Positions 46,492-56,949 of a DNA stretch of 64,000 nucleotides are shown here, one piece after another. Both the position numbers and the translations under genes were made by a program. Within the stretch, counting starts at the first letter, position 1; every line of letters starts with the position of its first letter. The stretch comes from a virus. A model generated the notes under the pieces. The model saw only the letters and a program-made list of their open reading frames with translations. It was not told where the DNA came from and made no database searches. The stretch spans positions 74,662-138,661 of IMG/VR virus record IMGVR_UViG_3300005573_000058. One strand, 5' to 3'.

Positions 46492-48921
46492 ATGCCCAAG
46501 ATGCAAGAAGTTATTGAAATATTAAAAACTAAACTACCAGAATATCTTATGTTTCATGGTAGGGATTATAAAAAAGGAAATTTTCAATGTTTGCAGCCAG
46601 AGAAACATGCTAATAATGATAGAAGAGCATCAATGGGTCTTGTTCCTCAAACAGGAAATACGGTAGCACATTGTTTTACTTGTTCGTTAAATGTTAATAT
46701 ATTTGGTGCGGCACATATTTTAGAAGGCTTACCCATAAATGGTCAAGAATTCTTTACTGTAACAGTTCCTACTTTGGCAAAAAGATTTGGAATAGACATA
46801 GAAGAAAATACATTAACAGAGGAAGAACAGTTTATTTTAACATTATACGAAGCATATAAAGATATGGAACGCTATTGTATTGATAATTTAACTAATAATC
46901 AGTATGCAATAGAAGAAATAACAAGAAGAGGTTGGAAAGTTGAAATATGTAAACAACTTGGTTGTGTTGGTGCTGTTAAAAGTTATGATGATTATATAAA
47001 TTATATGGAAAATCTTGGATGGTCAAAAGATTTTTTAAAAAGAACAGATGTTGACTTGTTTAGACAATCATTATTTAATGATAATAAATTAATATTTCTT
47101 GTAAAAGATGAGTTTAATAGAACTGTTGGTGTTGCATCAAGAATAATAGGAGATAAAAGAGATGATAGTAATGTAGAAAAATATGTTAATACAAGAACAA
47201 CTCCTATTTATAAAAAACATGAAATCTTATTTAATCTTTATAATATTGTAAAAGGTTCTTCTATTTATGTATTCGAAGGATATGCAGATGTTTTAACAGC
47301 AATGCACTATGGAATATATAACTGTGTTGCAACAGGGGGTGTTGCTTTTACAGAAGAACATATAAAAGCGTTAGAAAGAAAAAATGTATCAGAAATAATA
47401 CTAGCATTTGATAATGATAGTGGCGGAAGGAAAGGTTCTAGATCTGTAATTAATTTGTTTAATAGTGTAAAAACTAATATTAATTTACTATTAATAGATT
47501 ATAAAACAGTTCCAGAAAAATATACAGATGTAACAACAGATGATATTCAATCACTTGATGATCCTGATAAGATAATAAGTAAGTATGGTGGTGAGTTTTT
47601 TACTTCTTTTCGTTCTATACAACCATTTGAATGGCTATTGATGAATATACCATATAACTATGAAAAACCCAAGATTATAAAAGAGATGATAGATTTAATA
47701 ATGCAAAATAGGAGTCCATTAGAACGAGCCAATATGGCTAGAATTTTATCTCAACATACTGGTGAACCTCTTAATATTATAATGGAAGAAATAAGATATA
47801 GAGAAAACTTGTTAAATGCACAATATCAAGAAGAAGTTAGGAGTATAGCAATGGAAACTATAAACAATCTAAGAAAAGGTGCAAACGCTGTTATAACCAT
47901 ATTAACAGCTGCTGATAAAATTAAACGTCTTAACTTAGATGAAACGAAAAATTTCAATGAAAAGTATACAAAGGATATTAAAGAAGTATATGATAAAATT
48001 GTTTCTAAAAAAGATTTAACAGGCTTTAAACTGGGATCTTTAGATATATTAGAATCTAAAATGGATGGATTTACAAAAGATGGTGCATTAATTCTTTTAG
48101 GTGCTGAACCTCATTTTGGAAAAACAAGTTTTTTAAGATATTTATCATATCAGCTTGTAATATCTAATCCTAATGTTTGTGTAGTTTATTTTTCTCTTGA
48201 GGATAATAAGTTTAAAATGATACCAGCATTTATATCAATAATTAATAAGTTTCGCCTTAGAGATGTAATGAACCCAAATAAATATCTAGACAATGAACAA
48301 TTAGCAAGATTTAAAGCAGGTTTTGATTTAATAACAAAATTAAAAGAAGAGAAGAGGTTATATATATTAGATGCACAATATGGAACAACATTTCGAGCAA
48401 TGGAGTCTATAATTGATGATATAAAGCGTCTTTCAAATAGGGATATTGTAGTTATAATTGATCATTTTTATAAAATAACAGACAATTCTAATCTTGGAAT
48501 GAGAGAAAAAATAATTCATAATATTGAGAGATTACAATTAATGGCCTCTATATATAATGTACCGATATTTTCTGTTGTTGAATTAAATAAATTACCACCA
48601 GGAGCTAGACCTGATATTACAAATATAACAGAAACAGGAAGAATTGCATATGAAGCAGATGTTGTTATGTTGATGTATAATGAACTACTATCGTTAAGAA
48701 ACAATATAAGTAGTGTACAATTAAAATGGTTCGATGAAAATACTCTTGCATATAAACCTATTATAGAATTATCTATTGTAAAGAATAAATTAACTGGATG
48801 GTCAGGTCCATTATACTATAAATATGACAATGAATATAATATATTTGAGCAACTTGATAATATAGAGATAGAAAAATTACAAGAAACAGAGGATAGCGAA
48901 TATGAAACGGCAGAATTCTAG
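46492..48921 (+). CDS. DnaG primase - DnaB-like helicase fusion
   Basis: Zn finger C....H...HCFTC; KYVN; EGYAD; FDND.GG; GAEPHFGKT; SLED; IIDH; EADVV. Confidence 0.92.
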   Translation: MPKMQEVIEILKTKLPEYLMFHGRDYKKGNFQCLQPEKHANNDRRASMGLVPQTGNTVAHCFTCSLNVNIFGAAHILEGLPINGQEFFTVTVPTLAKRFGIDIEENTLTEEEQFILTLYEAYKDMERYCIDNLTNNQYAIEEITRRGWKVEICKQLGCVGAVKSYDDYINYMENLGWSKDFLKRTDVDLFRQSLFNDNKLIFLVKDEFNRTVGVASRIIGDKRDDSNVEKYVNTRTTPIYKKHEILFNLYNIVKGSSIYVFEGYADVLTAMHYGIYNCVATGGVAFTEEHIKALERKNVSEIILAFDNDSGGRKGSRSVINLFNSVKTNINLLLIDYKTVPEKYTDVTTDDIQSLDDPDKIISKYGGEFFTSFRSIQPFEWLLMNIPYNYEKPKIIKEMIDLIMQNRSPLERANMARILSQHTGEPLNIIMEEIRYRENLLNAQYQEEVRSIAMETINNLRKGANAVITILTAADKIKRLNLDETKNFNEKYTKDIKEVYDKIVSKKDLTGFKLGSLDILESKMDGFTKDGALILLGAEPHFGKTSFLRYLSYQLVISNPNVCVVYFSLEDNKFKMIPAFISIINKFRLRDVMNPNKYLDNEQLARFKAGFDLITKLKEEKRLYILDAQYGTTFRAMESIIDDIKRLSNRDIVVIIDHFYKITDNSNLGMREKIIHNIERLQLMASIYNVPIFSVVELNKLPPGARPDITNITETGRIAYEADVVMLMYNELLSLRNNISSVQLKWFDENTLAYKPIIELSIVKNKLTGWSGPLYYKYDNEYNIFEQLDNIEIEKLQETEDSEYETAEF

Positions 48922-49201
48922 TTTATATAGTATTATTCAGATAGAGTTAGATTTTAATAAATTGCCACAATATGTTATTGATGGTATGTATGACGTACTA
49001 GATAATGTTAATAGTTTTGAATTTATAATTATATGGTTGTGTGTATTTAAACATATGAGCTATATAGAGATAACTAAAAGATTATGTGCAGCAGGATTTC
49101 AAATATCTAGTGAAAGTATAAGACTTATATTAAAACGATTTTATAAAAATGTTGAAAATTATGTTTTAAAATCTAGAAATGAAAAGAAGGAGGTAAAATG
49201 A
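48902..49201 (+). CDS. sigma region-4-like HTH protein
   Basis: MSYIEITKRL...ISSESIRLIL.R. Confidence 0.6.
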   Translation: MKRQNSSLYSIIQIELDFNKLPQYVIDGMYDVLDNVNSFEFIIIWLCVFKHMSYIEITKRLCAAGFQISSESIRLILKRFYKNVENYVLKSRNEKKEVK

Positions 49202-49416
49202 GTTTATTAAAAAAATTCTTGTCTAAGATTTTTAGTATTTTTACAGGAAAAAAGAAGAAAAACGTTGTTTGTGTATATGTTAATCATGTATATTATAATA
49301 ATGAAGATGTGATGAATGCATTAGATAAAGATTTAAAAAATGTATTTAGAGAAACGGATTATGATATTATATATGTCCCAGATAACGTTGTTATTAAAAT
49401 AAATTCAATTAATTAA
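49198..49416 (+). CDS. hypothetical protein
   Basis: RBS; amphipathic N-terminus. Confidence 0.7.
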   Translation: MSLLKKFLSKIFSIFTGKKKKNVVCVYVNHVYYNNEDVMNALDKDLKNVFRETDYDIIYVPDNVVIKINSIN

Positions 49417-49430
49417 ACAAGGAGGTAGAC

Positions 49431-49853
49431 ATGTTTCATAGAAGAGCAAAAGTTATAATAAAACCTGCCAATGTTATCGGCGGTAGAAGACCCCCATCAA
49501 ATGTCAGGCAAACATCATCAACAGAAGCAACAAAAGCAGAGGAAGAACTTACTAAAAAACCGGAAGAAGATGTTAAAAAACTAGAAGAAAAAACTGTTGA
49601 AGAGGAAAAGGATATTAAAGTTATCATTGACAAAAATGATATTAAACAAGAAGAACAACCAGATGCTGAACAACCAACTATGGAACAATCTGATGTTACT
49701 ACGGTTTCTTCTGAAGAATCATTAGATCAGGTTGAATCACAGAAGAACGAACAAAACGAACAAGAAGAAAATAAACAATTTGAAACAACGCAGAAAAAGA
49801 AGAAAAAGAAAAAAGATAAAAAATATGATATAAATAACAGTAATATAGTTTAA
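49431..49853 (+). CDS. low-complexity acidic/basic protein
   Basis: RBS; E/Q/K-rich. Confidence 0.75.
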   Translation: MFHRRAKVIIKPANVIGGRRPPSNVRQTSSTEATKAEEELTKKPEEDVKKLEEKTVEEEKDIKVIIDKNDIKQEEQPDAEQPTMEQSDVTTVSSEESLDQVESQKNEQNEQEENKQFETTQKKKKKKKDKKYDINNSNIV

Positions 49854-49867
49854 TATGTGGAGGTGAT

Positions 49868-50986
49868 ATGGAAAAAAAGAAAATATTAATAGTAGCGGAT
49901 GATCCGTTTACGAAGTCAGGTTTTGGCAATGTGATGTATAATTTACTAAAAAATGAAAGATTTACTACATCTTTTGATATAACGTATATTACTAAGAATA
50001 GTCCTCTTGAGCGACAGCTTGAAAATGTTACATTTATACCGAATAAATTAGGAGGATGGATTGGCGAACGAATATTGGAAAAAACTCTTAGTGAAAACGA
50101 CAATTATGATTTGATCTTTATATATGATGATATAGATGTAATACTATTACATTATTTTGGATCATCGATATATCATTTTCAGGGTAATGAAAAATTGTTT
50201 GATAAAAAAGTATTAGCATATGTGCCTGTAGATACTTATAGATTACATCCAACATGGATAACACAGCTAAAGAAAATACCTAATTTATCTTTACTCGCAA
50301 TGAATAAATATGGTTATAACTTATTGAATGATGCTGATATAAGTTGTATTGATTATTTATATCATACTATAGATTTTGATTTATTTCAACCACCTGAAGA
50401 TGATACAAAAAGAGATGGTTTTTTATATATTGGTAGATTGGATGTAAGAAAAAATGCTGAAATGTTATTAGAACTTGCCAACTTTCTAACATTTAATAAT
50501 CAAAAGGTAACACTGAGAATTATGCTAGATCAATATTCGTCTTATTTATTACAGTCTAAACTCAAACAAAATGATAATTTAAATGTTATTACAACGCCAA
50601 TTAAAACAGAAGATATAGTAAATCTTTATAGAACACATAAATATTTTATAACCATGACACATTTTGAGGGATTTGGATTACCATTTTTAGAATCTGCTAG
50701 ATGTAAATTACCTGTTATAGCATTTGAAAATCCAGTAACAGATGAAATAATGGGAGGTAATTATTTCAGGATACCTGTTATGAACCATACTTATGAAAGA
50801 AGTTACAATATGCGTATATTTAAAGAATGGCATATTGAGGATGTTAAACATTATATTGAAACAATAAACGAACGCGAAACGGAATACAAGATTATACAGC
50901 AAGGAGCATATGATTATTCCAATATATTTAGACCTGAAAATGTATATGACAAATTTATGTCTATATTAAACAAAGTTTTTGAATGA
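49868..50986 (+). CDS. GT4-like glycosyltransferase
   Basis: DDP...SGFG; IGR...RKN; EGFGLPFLES. Confidence 0.9.
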   Translation: MEKKKILIVADDPFTKSGFGNVMYNLLKNERFTTSFDITYITKNSPLERQLENVTFIPNKLGGWIGERILEKTLSENDNYDLIFIYDDIDVILLHYFGSSIYHFQGNEKLFDKKVLAYVPVDTYRLHPTWITQLKKIPNLSLLAMNKYGYNLLNDADISCIDYLYHTIDFDLFQPPEDDTKRDGFLYIGRLDVRKNAEMLLELANFLTFNNQKVTLRIMLDQYSSYLLQSKLKQNDNLNVITTPIKTEDIVNLYRTHKYFITMTHFEGFGLPFLESARCKLPVIAFENPVTDEIMGGNYFRIPVMNHTYERSYNMRIFKEWHIEDVKHYIETINERETEYKIIQQGAYDYSNIFRPENVYDKFMSILNKVFE

Positions 50987-51000
50987 AAGAGAGGTGAAGT

Positions 51001-52320
51001 ATGTATAGACAGAAAAAAATTCTCTTTATTGGAGATAGCAGTTTGCTAGTAACAGGTTATGCAACTGTAATTAGAAATTTATTGAAGTATTTAGAATTTT
51101 TACATCCTGAAAATTCTTATTCACATTTAGGTTGGTATCATCCTATGAATGTATTTAATAGTAATTTACTTCTTGATGGCGATATGTATTTTAATTATAT
51201 ACCTGTAATTCCAACAGAACAAGATAAAATAGGTGTAATAACGCTTCCAAAAGTAATAAATGAATATAAGCCTGATATTGTTGTTGTTGTGAATGATCCA
51301 TGGTTTATTGATGTTGTACCATCAGTTATTTCATCTTCTACTAAAAATTTCTTTCTTATTAATTATATGGCTATTGATTCTAAACCTATGATAACTAAAT
51401 ATTATAAATCTGTTAATAACAAAGGAATTATTCAGGATATAGAAAGTTCGTTAAAAACAGCAGATATGATCATATTGTTTACAGAATTTGCTAAAGAAGT
51501 ATTTCTAGAATGTTTACCTGATTATGATAAAGAAAAAATAAAAGTAATTCCACATGGTGTAGATCCATTTATTTATTATCCTCTTAACAAAGAACATGCT
51601 ATCCAGGTTATATATCGTCATCTTGGTATTGATTTATCTGATAAATATGTATTTGGTTTTGTATCAGCAAATCAACCAAGAAAAAATATACCACAGTTAA
51701 TACATGCCTTTTCTAAAGTTGTAAATAAATGGAAGCATCAACTTAAAGAAAACTATAATAAGACTATACAATGCCGTAAACCATTCTTATTTTTGTATAC
51801 ATCAGATACCACATTTGGATGGAACATTTATGAACTATTAAAAGAGTATAATGTTCAAAATTTCTCTTACGTTTTTACAAGTGGACCATTAGGTACTGGC
51901 AAAGAATCGTCATTTATGAATGTTGTATATAATGCTTTCGATGTATTAGTTATGCCTAGTAATAGAGAAGGATGGGGTTTACCAGCATTAGAAGCATTAG
52001 CTACAGGAACTCCTATTATAGTGACGAAATGGGGACCTCTATATGATTGGTCAAAGGATGTTGCTATACCTATTGATACTAAATATTTTACAAGAGCATT
52101 TGGTACTAATTATTTAGAAGCACATGTTGATATTGATGATTTATATGCTAAAATGTTTATGATGTATAATAAATATAAAAGTAATAAAGGTTATAGAGAT
52201 GATAAATGTATAGAATTTGCTCATAAATTCTCTTGGGATAAGGTTGCTGATATGTGGGCAGAGGTTTTTTCTCAAATTCCTGTTAAAAATAAAACAAATG
52301 ATACAGGATTAACAATTTAA
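51001..52320 (+). CDS. GT4-like glycosyltransferase
   Basis: TGYA; IPHGVD; NQPRKN; EGWGLPALEALATGTP; FSWD. Confidence 0.92.
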   Translation: MYRQKKILFIGDSSLLVTGYATVIRNLLKYLEFLHPENSYSHLGWYHPMNVFNSNLLLDGDMYFNYIPVIPTEQDKIGVITLPKVINEYKPDIVVVVNDPWFIDVVPSVISSSTKNFFLINYMAIDSKPMITKYYKSVNNKGIIQDIESSLKTADMIILFTEFAKEVFLECLPDYDKEKIKVIPHGVDPFIYYPLNKEHAIQVIYRHLGIDLSDKYVFGFVSANQPRKNIPQLIHAFSKVVNKWKHQLKENYNKTIQCRKPFLFLYTSDTTFGWNIYELLKEYNVQNFSYVFTSGPLGTGKESSFMNVVYNAFDVLVMPSNREGWGLPALEALATGTPIIVTKWGPLYDWSKDVAIPIDTKYFTRAFGTNYLEAHVDIDDLYAKMFMMYNKYKSNKGYRDDKCIEFAHKFSWDKVADMWAEVFSQIPVKNKTNDTGLTI

Positions 52321-52332
52321 TAAGGAGGTAAT

Positions 52333-52533
52333 ATGGCTGCAAAAGACTTATTTGAAAGATTATTTGGATTTGTTAAAGCTAAAAAGACAGTTAAAACAGA
52401 AGGATTAACCAAATCGAAAACACAAACAAAAATTACATCTGCTGATATTTCTGAATCACAAAATACTGATAATGAATCTATAAAATCTAAACATAAATCT
52501 AAGAAAAATAAAACAAATACGGAACTAAAGTAA
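52333..52533 (+). CDS. small basic protein
   Basis: RBS; N-terminal KDLFERLF. Confidence 0.7.
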   Translation: MAAKDLFERLFGFVKAKKTVKTEGLTKSKTQTKITSADISESQNTDNESIKSKHKSKKNKTNTELK

Positions 52534-52545
52534 AAGGAGGATAGA

Positions 52546-52737
52546 ATGGGTACAAAAGATATATTTGGAAAAATATTTAAGTTAATCAGACCCCAGGGTT
52601 ATATTGCAGGAAATATTCTTTTTAAAAAAATGTTTAAATTGATCAGTAAAGAAAATGATAATTCTCAATCCGGATCCGGAGGAGGAGGTGGCGGCGGAGG
52701 TGGAGGAATAATTGAACCTAGACCAAAGGGTAGATAA
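52546..52737 (+). CDS. small protein with a poly-Gly tract
   Basis: RBS; N-terminal KDIFGKIF; G10 run. Confidence 0.65.
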   Translation: MGTKDIFGKIFKLIRPQGYIAGNILFKKMFKLISKENDNSQSGSGGGGGGGGGGIIEPRPKGR

Positions 52738-52771
52738 TAATATAATATTAACTTTAAAATGGAGGCAATAT

Positions 52772-52933
52772 ATGGATGAAAGTAAAAAAATAAAAATAAA
52801 AGTTATAAAACCAGAAATTTATTCAAGAGTTGTTGGTTATTTTAGACCTGTTCAAAATTGGAACACAGGAAAACAACAAGAATTTAAGGAAAGACATGTA
52901 CATTATGTTAATGAACATAAGACTACTGAATAA
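52772..52933 (+). CDS. stand-alone NrdD glycyl-radical-loop peptide
   Basis: EIYSRVVGYFRPVQNWNTGKQQEFKER; GGAGG RBS before ATG 52772. Confidence 0.88.
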   Translation: MDESKKIKIKVIKPEIYSRVVGYFRPVQNWNTGKQQEFKERHVHYVNEHKTTE

Positions 52934-52962
52934 AAAGAATAACATTTAACAAAGGAGGTTCT

Positions 52963-54084
52963 ATGAAAAAGGTTTACATAATAGCACCAGTTACATCTAA
53001 AGTAGGTCTCAAAACATATGGTATTAATTATTATAAGATGCTAAAAAATAACAAGTCATTATCTGTTTATCTGGTTGATGAAAAAAGAACAACTGACAAC
53101 ACAACAGATGTTATTAGTCAACTTCCAGATTTAACGTTATTTCCATCATTTGAATATATTATGACTATATTAGATGATAAATCTATTGTTATTGATGCTA
53201 GTTATAAAATTGACAACAGAATTAAAAATATCATATCTAGTACTAAGTGTTCTTATTATAAGTTTATTGATCTAGATATTGATAGACAAGCAACAAATAT
53301 TGCTTCTTTCTTATATGATCTTGATATACCTGCTATATTTCCTAGTAGACATGTTGTAGAATCTATATCTAATGTTTTTGATAAAATAGGTCATATCAAG
53401 TATTATATCATACCGTACCAAGTTGATAATACTATTTTTAATCCTGATGTAAAACCTGCTACATATAATTTAGTTGCTGATATAAAATATTTGATAAAGA
53501 TACAGAGTTTAAATGATATATCTTACTTTCTTTCTTCTTTTGTTCAAGCTTACAATAATAAAATATTTAATGAACAAAAAATTCATTTAATATTCTTATG
53601 TTCAACTTATATACCTATTAATAATGAAATATACACACTTAATGTTAATATACCACAACAAATAGTATCTTATATTGCTTTAAATAAACATAACAACATG
53701 AAAGTAACGATTATAAATGATTTTTTAAGTCAACAAGAACTTGCTTCTTTATTTAAATATGTCGATTATGTTATGTTAATATCTAATTCAGCTTTTAATA
53801 GAATGGCTTTTGAAGCTGCTAGTGTTGGTAAAGTTATTATATGTGATAAAAATTCTAATTATGCTAAAGCTGTTGGTATTGATAATATTATTCCTATAAC
53901 AGATAAAGATTTAACCTTATCTTTAAAAACATCAGTTGATATATATAATACGGAAACTTACAACAAAATGGTCGATAATACATCTAGAATAATTAAAGAA
54001 CAATATACTATAAATGACCTTTCTGATACACTATTTAGAGATATTATTGGTTCAAATATACAAACTTTTAAAATAGAACAATGA
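52963..54084 (+). CDS. degenerate GT-B glycosyltransferase-like protein
   Basis: FPS; VD..IFNP; LSQQELASLF; FEAASVGK.II. Confidence 0.65.
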   Translation: MKKVYIIAPVTSKVGLKTYGINYYKMLKNNKSLSVYLVDEKRTTDNTTDVISQLPDLTLFPSFEYIMTILDDKSIVIDASYKIDNRIKNIISSTKCSYYKFIDLDIDRQATNIASFLYDLDIPAIFPSRHVVESISNVFDKIGHIKYYIIPYQVDNTIFNPDVKPATYNLVADIKYLIKIQSLNDISYFLSSFVQAYNNKIFNEQKIHLIFLCSTYIPINNEIYTLNVNIPQQIVSYIALNKHNNMKVTIINDFLSQQELASLFKYVDYVMLISNSAFNRMAFEAASVGKVIICDKNSNYAKAVGIDNIIPITDKDLTLSLKTSVDIYNTETYNKMVDNTSRIIKEQYTINDLSDTLFRDIIGSNIQTFKIEQ

Positions 54085-54506
54085 TTAGAATTGGTGATAA
54101 AGATATACCTTTAAAAGGTGAAAGACTTCCAAAAGTAAGACTCGTTAAAAGTGATATTGAACAAATACCAGCCCCTGGAGATAACATCTTTTTATCTTTA
54201 GGAGTTTTAGCAGATGATATGAGTTTTTTCATTGTTATTTTAGATGTTAAAAGAGCTAGAATACATATAGAAGAAGTAGTTAATAGATATGATAAAACTA
54301 ATATGTATGGCGTTCTTAAAAGAGTAGATGATGATGAACAATGGGAAACATTAGTAAATAGTGCTTTTCAATATAATCTTATAACAGTAGAAAGAATATT
54401 AAAAATAGCTGAATATTTCAAAGATGTTGTCAATGCTGAAGCATTAAGGAGTTTAAGAGAATATGCAGAATTCATCAAGTTATACAAGAAACTCGCCGGA
54501 AAATGA
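54081..54506 (+). CDS. hypothetical protein
   Basis: ATGA overlap; 141 aa. Confidence 0.75.
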   Translation: MIRIGDKDIPLKGERLPKVRLVKSDIEQIPAPGDNIFLSLGVLADDMSFFIVILDVKRARIHIEEVVNRYDKTNMYGVLKRVDDDEQWETLVNSAFQYNLITVERILKIAEYFKDVVNAEALRSLREYAEFIKLYKKLAGK

Positions 54507-54867
54507 ATTAGATGAGCTTCTATTTTATTATGTAAACACAGAGAGCAACATAATATATGTAAAGAGTATTATATATATATTATATCCATATATACAATTA
54601 TTAGACTCTATAGCAAATAAACATTATGTTGATTCTCTTCAATTAACTGATATATTACATAAATATCCATTATTATGTAAGATAAATAAAAGCATTAAGT
54701 CCGAATTATTAATATGTGTTAATGAAGCATTATCAGAACTACGTATAGTTTCAAGAACAAATATTGATAAATCACTAAGTATAATATTTATGAATATACT
54801 TGATAAGAAAATACAAGAAACATTAGAGAAAATTTACAGGGAGCAAAATGAATATAGAATTACCTGA
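54463..54867 (+). CDS. hypothetical protein
   Basis: 134-aa ORF filling the operon gap. Confidence 0.65.
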   Translation: MQNSSSYTRNSPENELDELLFYYVNTESNIIYVKSIIYILYPYIQLLDSIANKHYVDSLQLTDILHKYPLLCKINKSIKSELLICVNEALSELRIVSRTNIDKSLSIIFMNILDKKIQETLEKIYREQNEYRIT

Positions 54868-55852
54868 TGTATACCAAGATGATTATTTTAATTTAACAAA
54901 AGATTTACAATACGCTGTGCCTCCTATAAGAACTAAATATATATTTTGGCCATCTGAAGCATCTATAACTATAAATTATAATAGAAGAACATTAAATATG
55001 GGACATTGTAGCAGAGCAACATATTATGCATTTCAAAGATATAATTATTCTAACTTACCTCCAGAAAACTTTTATACCATTATAAAAGAAGGTAAGCTAT
55101 TAGAACTTATTGAAGTAGAAAAACTTAAAGCAAGAGCAAGAAGAGATCCATCAATAACTTTGTATGAAAAATTATCTTTTAAAAATATCAATATAAATAA
55201 TTATACATTCACTATGAGTTTTACTTTTGATAATGTGTTAGTCAAAAATGGCACGCCATATATAGTTGAATATAAAACAGTAAGCGATTATTATTCGGTA
55301 AATAAGTATATAAAAAACACATTTATACCTAGAGCAGAATATTTATTACAAGTAGGTTTATATTTATATTTATCAAGATATTGTTTAGATGATCAGTTAT
55401 TAAATAAAATAAGAGAAGCATGGTTAATAGTATTAGATAGAGGTGTTGAAATGTATAGCAAAAGAGGCAAAAAATATGTTGTATCATTAGATATAAACAA
55501 TGATAAACATTATATAGTTGTAAATGGTTACAGAACATATTTAAACATAGAAGGTATATTTGAAAAATATGAATATATAAAAAATTGTATTGAAAAAAAC
55601 ATATGTCCAGAGAGAGACTATAAACTTGTATATTCAGAAGAAGATATTATAACATTGAGAAGATTTCATATAATAGATGATAATACAGATCAAAAAAAGA
55701 TAGATCAAATAAAATTAGCAGGCGATTTTCAATGTAGGTATTGTTTTTATAAAGACATTTGTTATAATAAAGTACAACCTCTTGTTGTTACAAATATGGA
55801 ACCTAATGATATTATAGAAGATAGCGTAAATGATATCGTTATTACTTTATAA
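54848..55852 (+). CDS. Cas4-like PD-(D/E)XK exonuclease
   Basis: PSEA...C.RA.YY; D...VEYK; QVGLY; C-terminal CRYC.YK..C. Confidence 0.8.
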   Translation: MNIELPDVYQDDYFNLTKDLQYAVPPIRTKYIFWPSEASITINYNRRTLNMGHCSRATYYAFQRYNYSNLPPENFYTIIKEGKLLELIEVEKLKARARRDPSITLYEKLSFKNININNYTFTMSFTFDNVLVKNGTPYIVEYKTVSDYYSVNKYIKNTFIPRAEYLLQVGLYLYLSRYCLDDQLLNKIREAWLIVLDRGVEMYSKRGKKYVVSLDINNDKHYIVVNGYRTYLNIEGIFEKYEYIKNCIEKNICPERDYKLVYSEEDIITLRRFHIIDDNTDQKKIDQIKLAGDFQCRYCFYKDICYNKVQPLVVTNMEPNDIIEDSVNDIVITL

Positions 55853-56303
55853 GAAGCTTTTCAATTATTTTTATAAATGCATCTAATTTATACCAGATCA
55901 TAAATAAACTGCCAATTACACTAGATATAAGTATATAAACTATAGTTGTTAGTAAATTTTCTTTTAATGTTCTTTTTTCAAGACTTTTTTGTAAGTTGCC
56001 TAGCATATTATTAAGATTAATATTTATTGAATTTATGCAAGACTTTATATCATCATCGCTTTTTATTATATCAGATGATAAATCTTTTATACTATCATCT
56101 GACATTTTATTTTGTTTTTCTATCTCTTTTAATAAGAAACTAATATCTTTTGATAAGGATGTTAATGTTTCTAAAATTTTCTGCATTTGTTCCAAATACT
56201 GAGTAATAAGTTTATCAACAACAGTAAAAACTCTACTAAATTCGTTCAATAACTTAGATATATTACCATTTCCATTTTCTGTCATATAAATATAATATAT
56301 CAA
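55842..56303 (-). CDS. coiled-coil membrane protein (holin-like, tentative)
   Basis: coiled coil followed by a C-terminal transmembrane helix. Confidence 0.6.
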   Translation of the reverse strand: MIYYIYMTENGNGNISKLLNEFSRVFTVVDKLITQYLEQMQKILETLTSLSKDISFLLKEIEKQNKMSDDSIKDLSSDIIKSDDDIKSCINSININLNNMLGNLQKSLEKRTLKENLLTTIVYILISSVIGSLFMIWYKLDAFIKIIEKLLIK

Positions 56304-56938
56304 AAAATGAACGAAAAACCAAAACCTGTTGTAATATTCTTATTATAATCTACTTTTAAATATAACTTAACTAAAAAATATTGCCAATTTAGTCTTGTAA
56401 ATACTTCAGCATAATCAAATTGAGTTACAGGATATAAAGAAATTGATAAATCTAGTCCTAATTTTTGCCAGTATGGAAATGCTCTTTGAGATCTTACTAA
56501 TACATCATTAGTTCTACTTGCTATCAAAAATGGAGATCTTACATTGCTATACTTTATCATATTAGTATGACCATCCTTTGTAGTATAAATATATAAATCT
56601 TTTGCATCTATAGATTTACCTTTATATTCTATCTTATATATGTATAATAAACTTTCAGTATTTACTTCTTCTATTGTTGGTTGAACATAAATAGGACGAA
56701 CAACGGTTGTAATTGGAGAATAATATGTAACAGTATCTCTTTTTGAACTTATTCTGATTGTATCTGTTTTTACAACTACAGATGGATATGGTTGGTATAT
56801 AGTTCTTTTAAATACAGTTTTTCCTATCCATATACCAAATAATAATAACAGTATATACATTATATATTTTGGTGCATATTTTATGTATTTTGATGTATAT
56901 TTTACATATTTTAATAAATATTGTATAATTTTTTTCAT
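56300..56938 (-). CDS. N-terminally anchored envelope protein (spanin/lysis-associated, tentative)
   Basis: AGGAGG RBS before MKKIIQY; TM helix; DT-rich stalk; beta-rich C-terminus ending in F. Confidence 0.65.
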   Translation of the reverse strand: MKKIIQYLLKYVKYTSKYIKYAPKYIMYILLLLFGIWIGKTVFKRTIYQPYPSVVVKTDTIRISSKRDTVTYYSPITTVVRPIYVQPTIEEVNTESLLYIYKIEYKGKSIDAKDLYIYTTKDGHTNMIKYSNVRSPFLIASRTNDVLVRSQRAFPYWQKLGLDLSISLYPVTQFDYAEVFTRLNWQYFLVKLYLKVDYNKNITTGFGFSFIF

Positions 56939-56949
56939 TTTACCTCCTT

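Noticed and set aside
54848-55852. Cas4 as evidence of CRISPR-Cas
   Set aside because: It is a solo Cas4-like nuclease of a kind common in phages; no cas1, cas2 or array is nearby.
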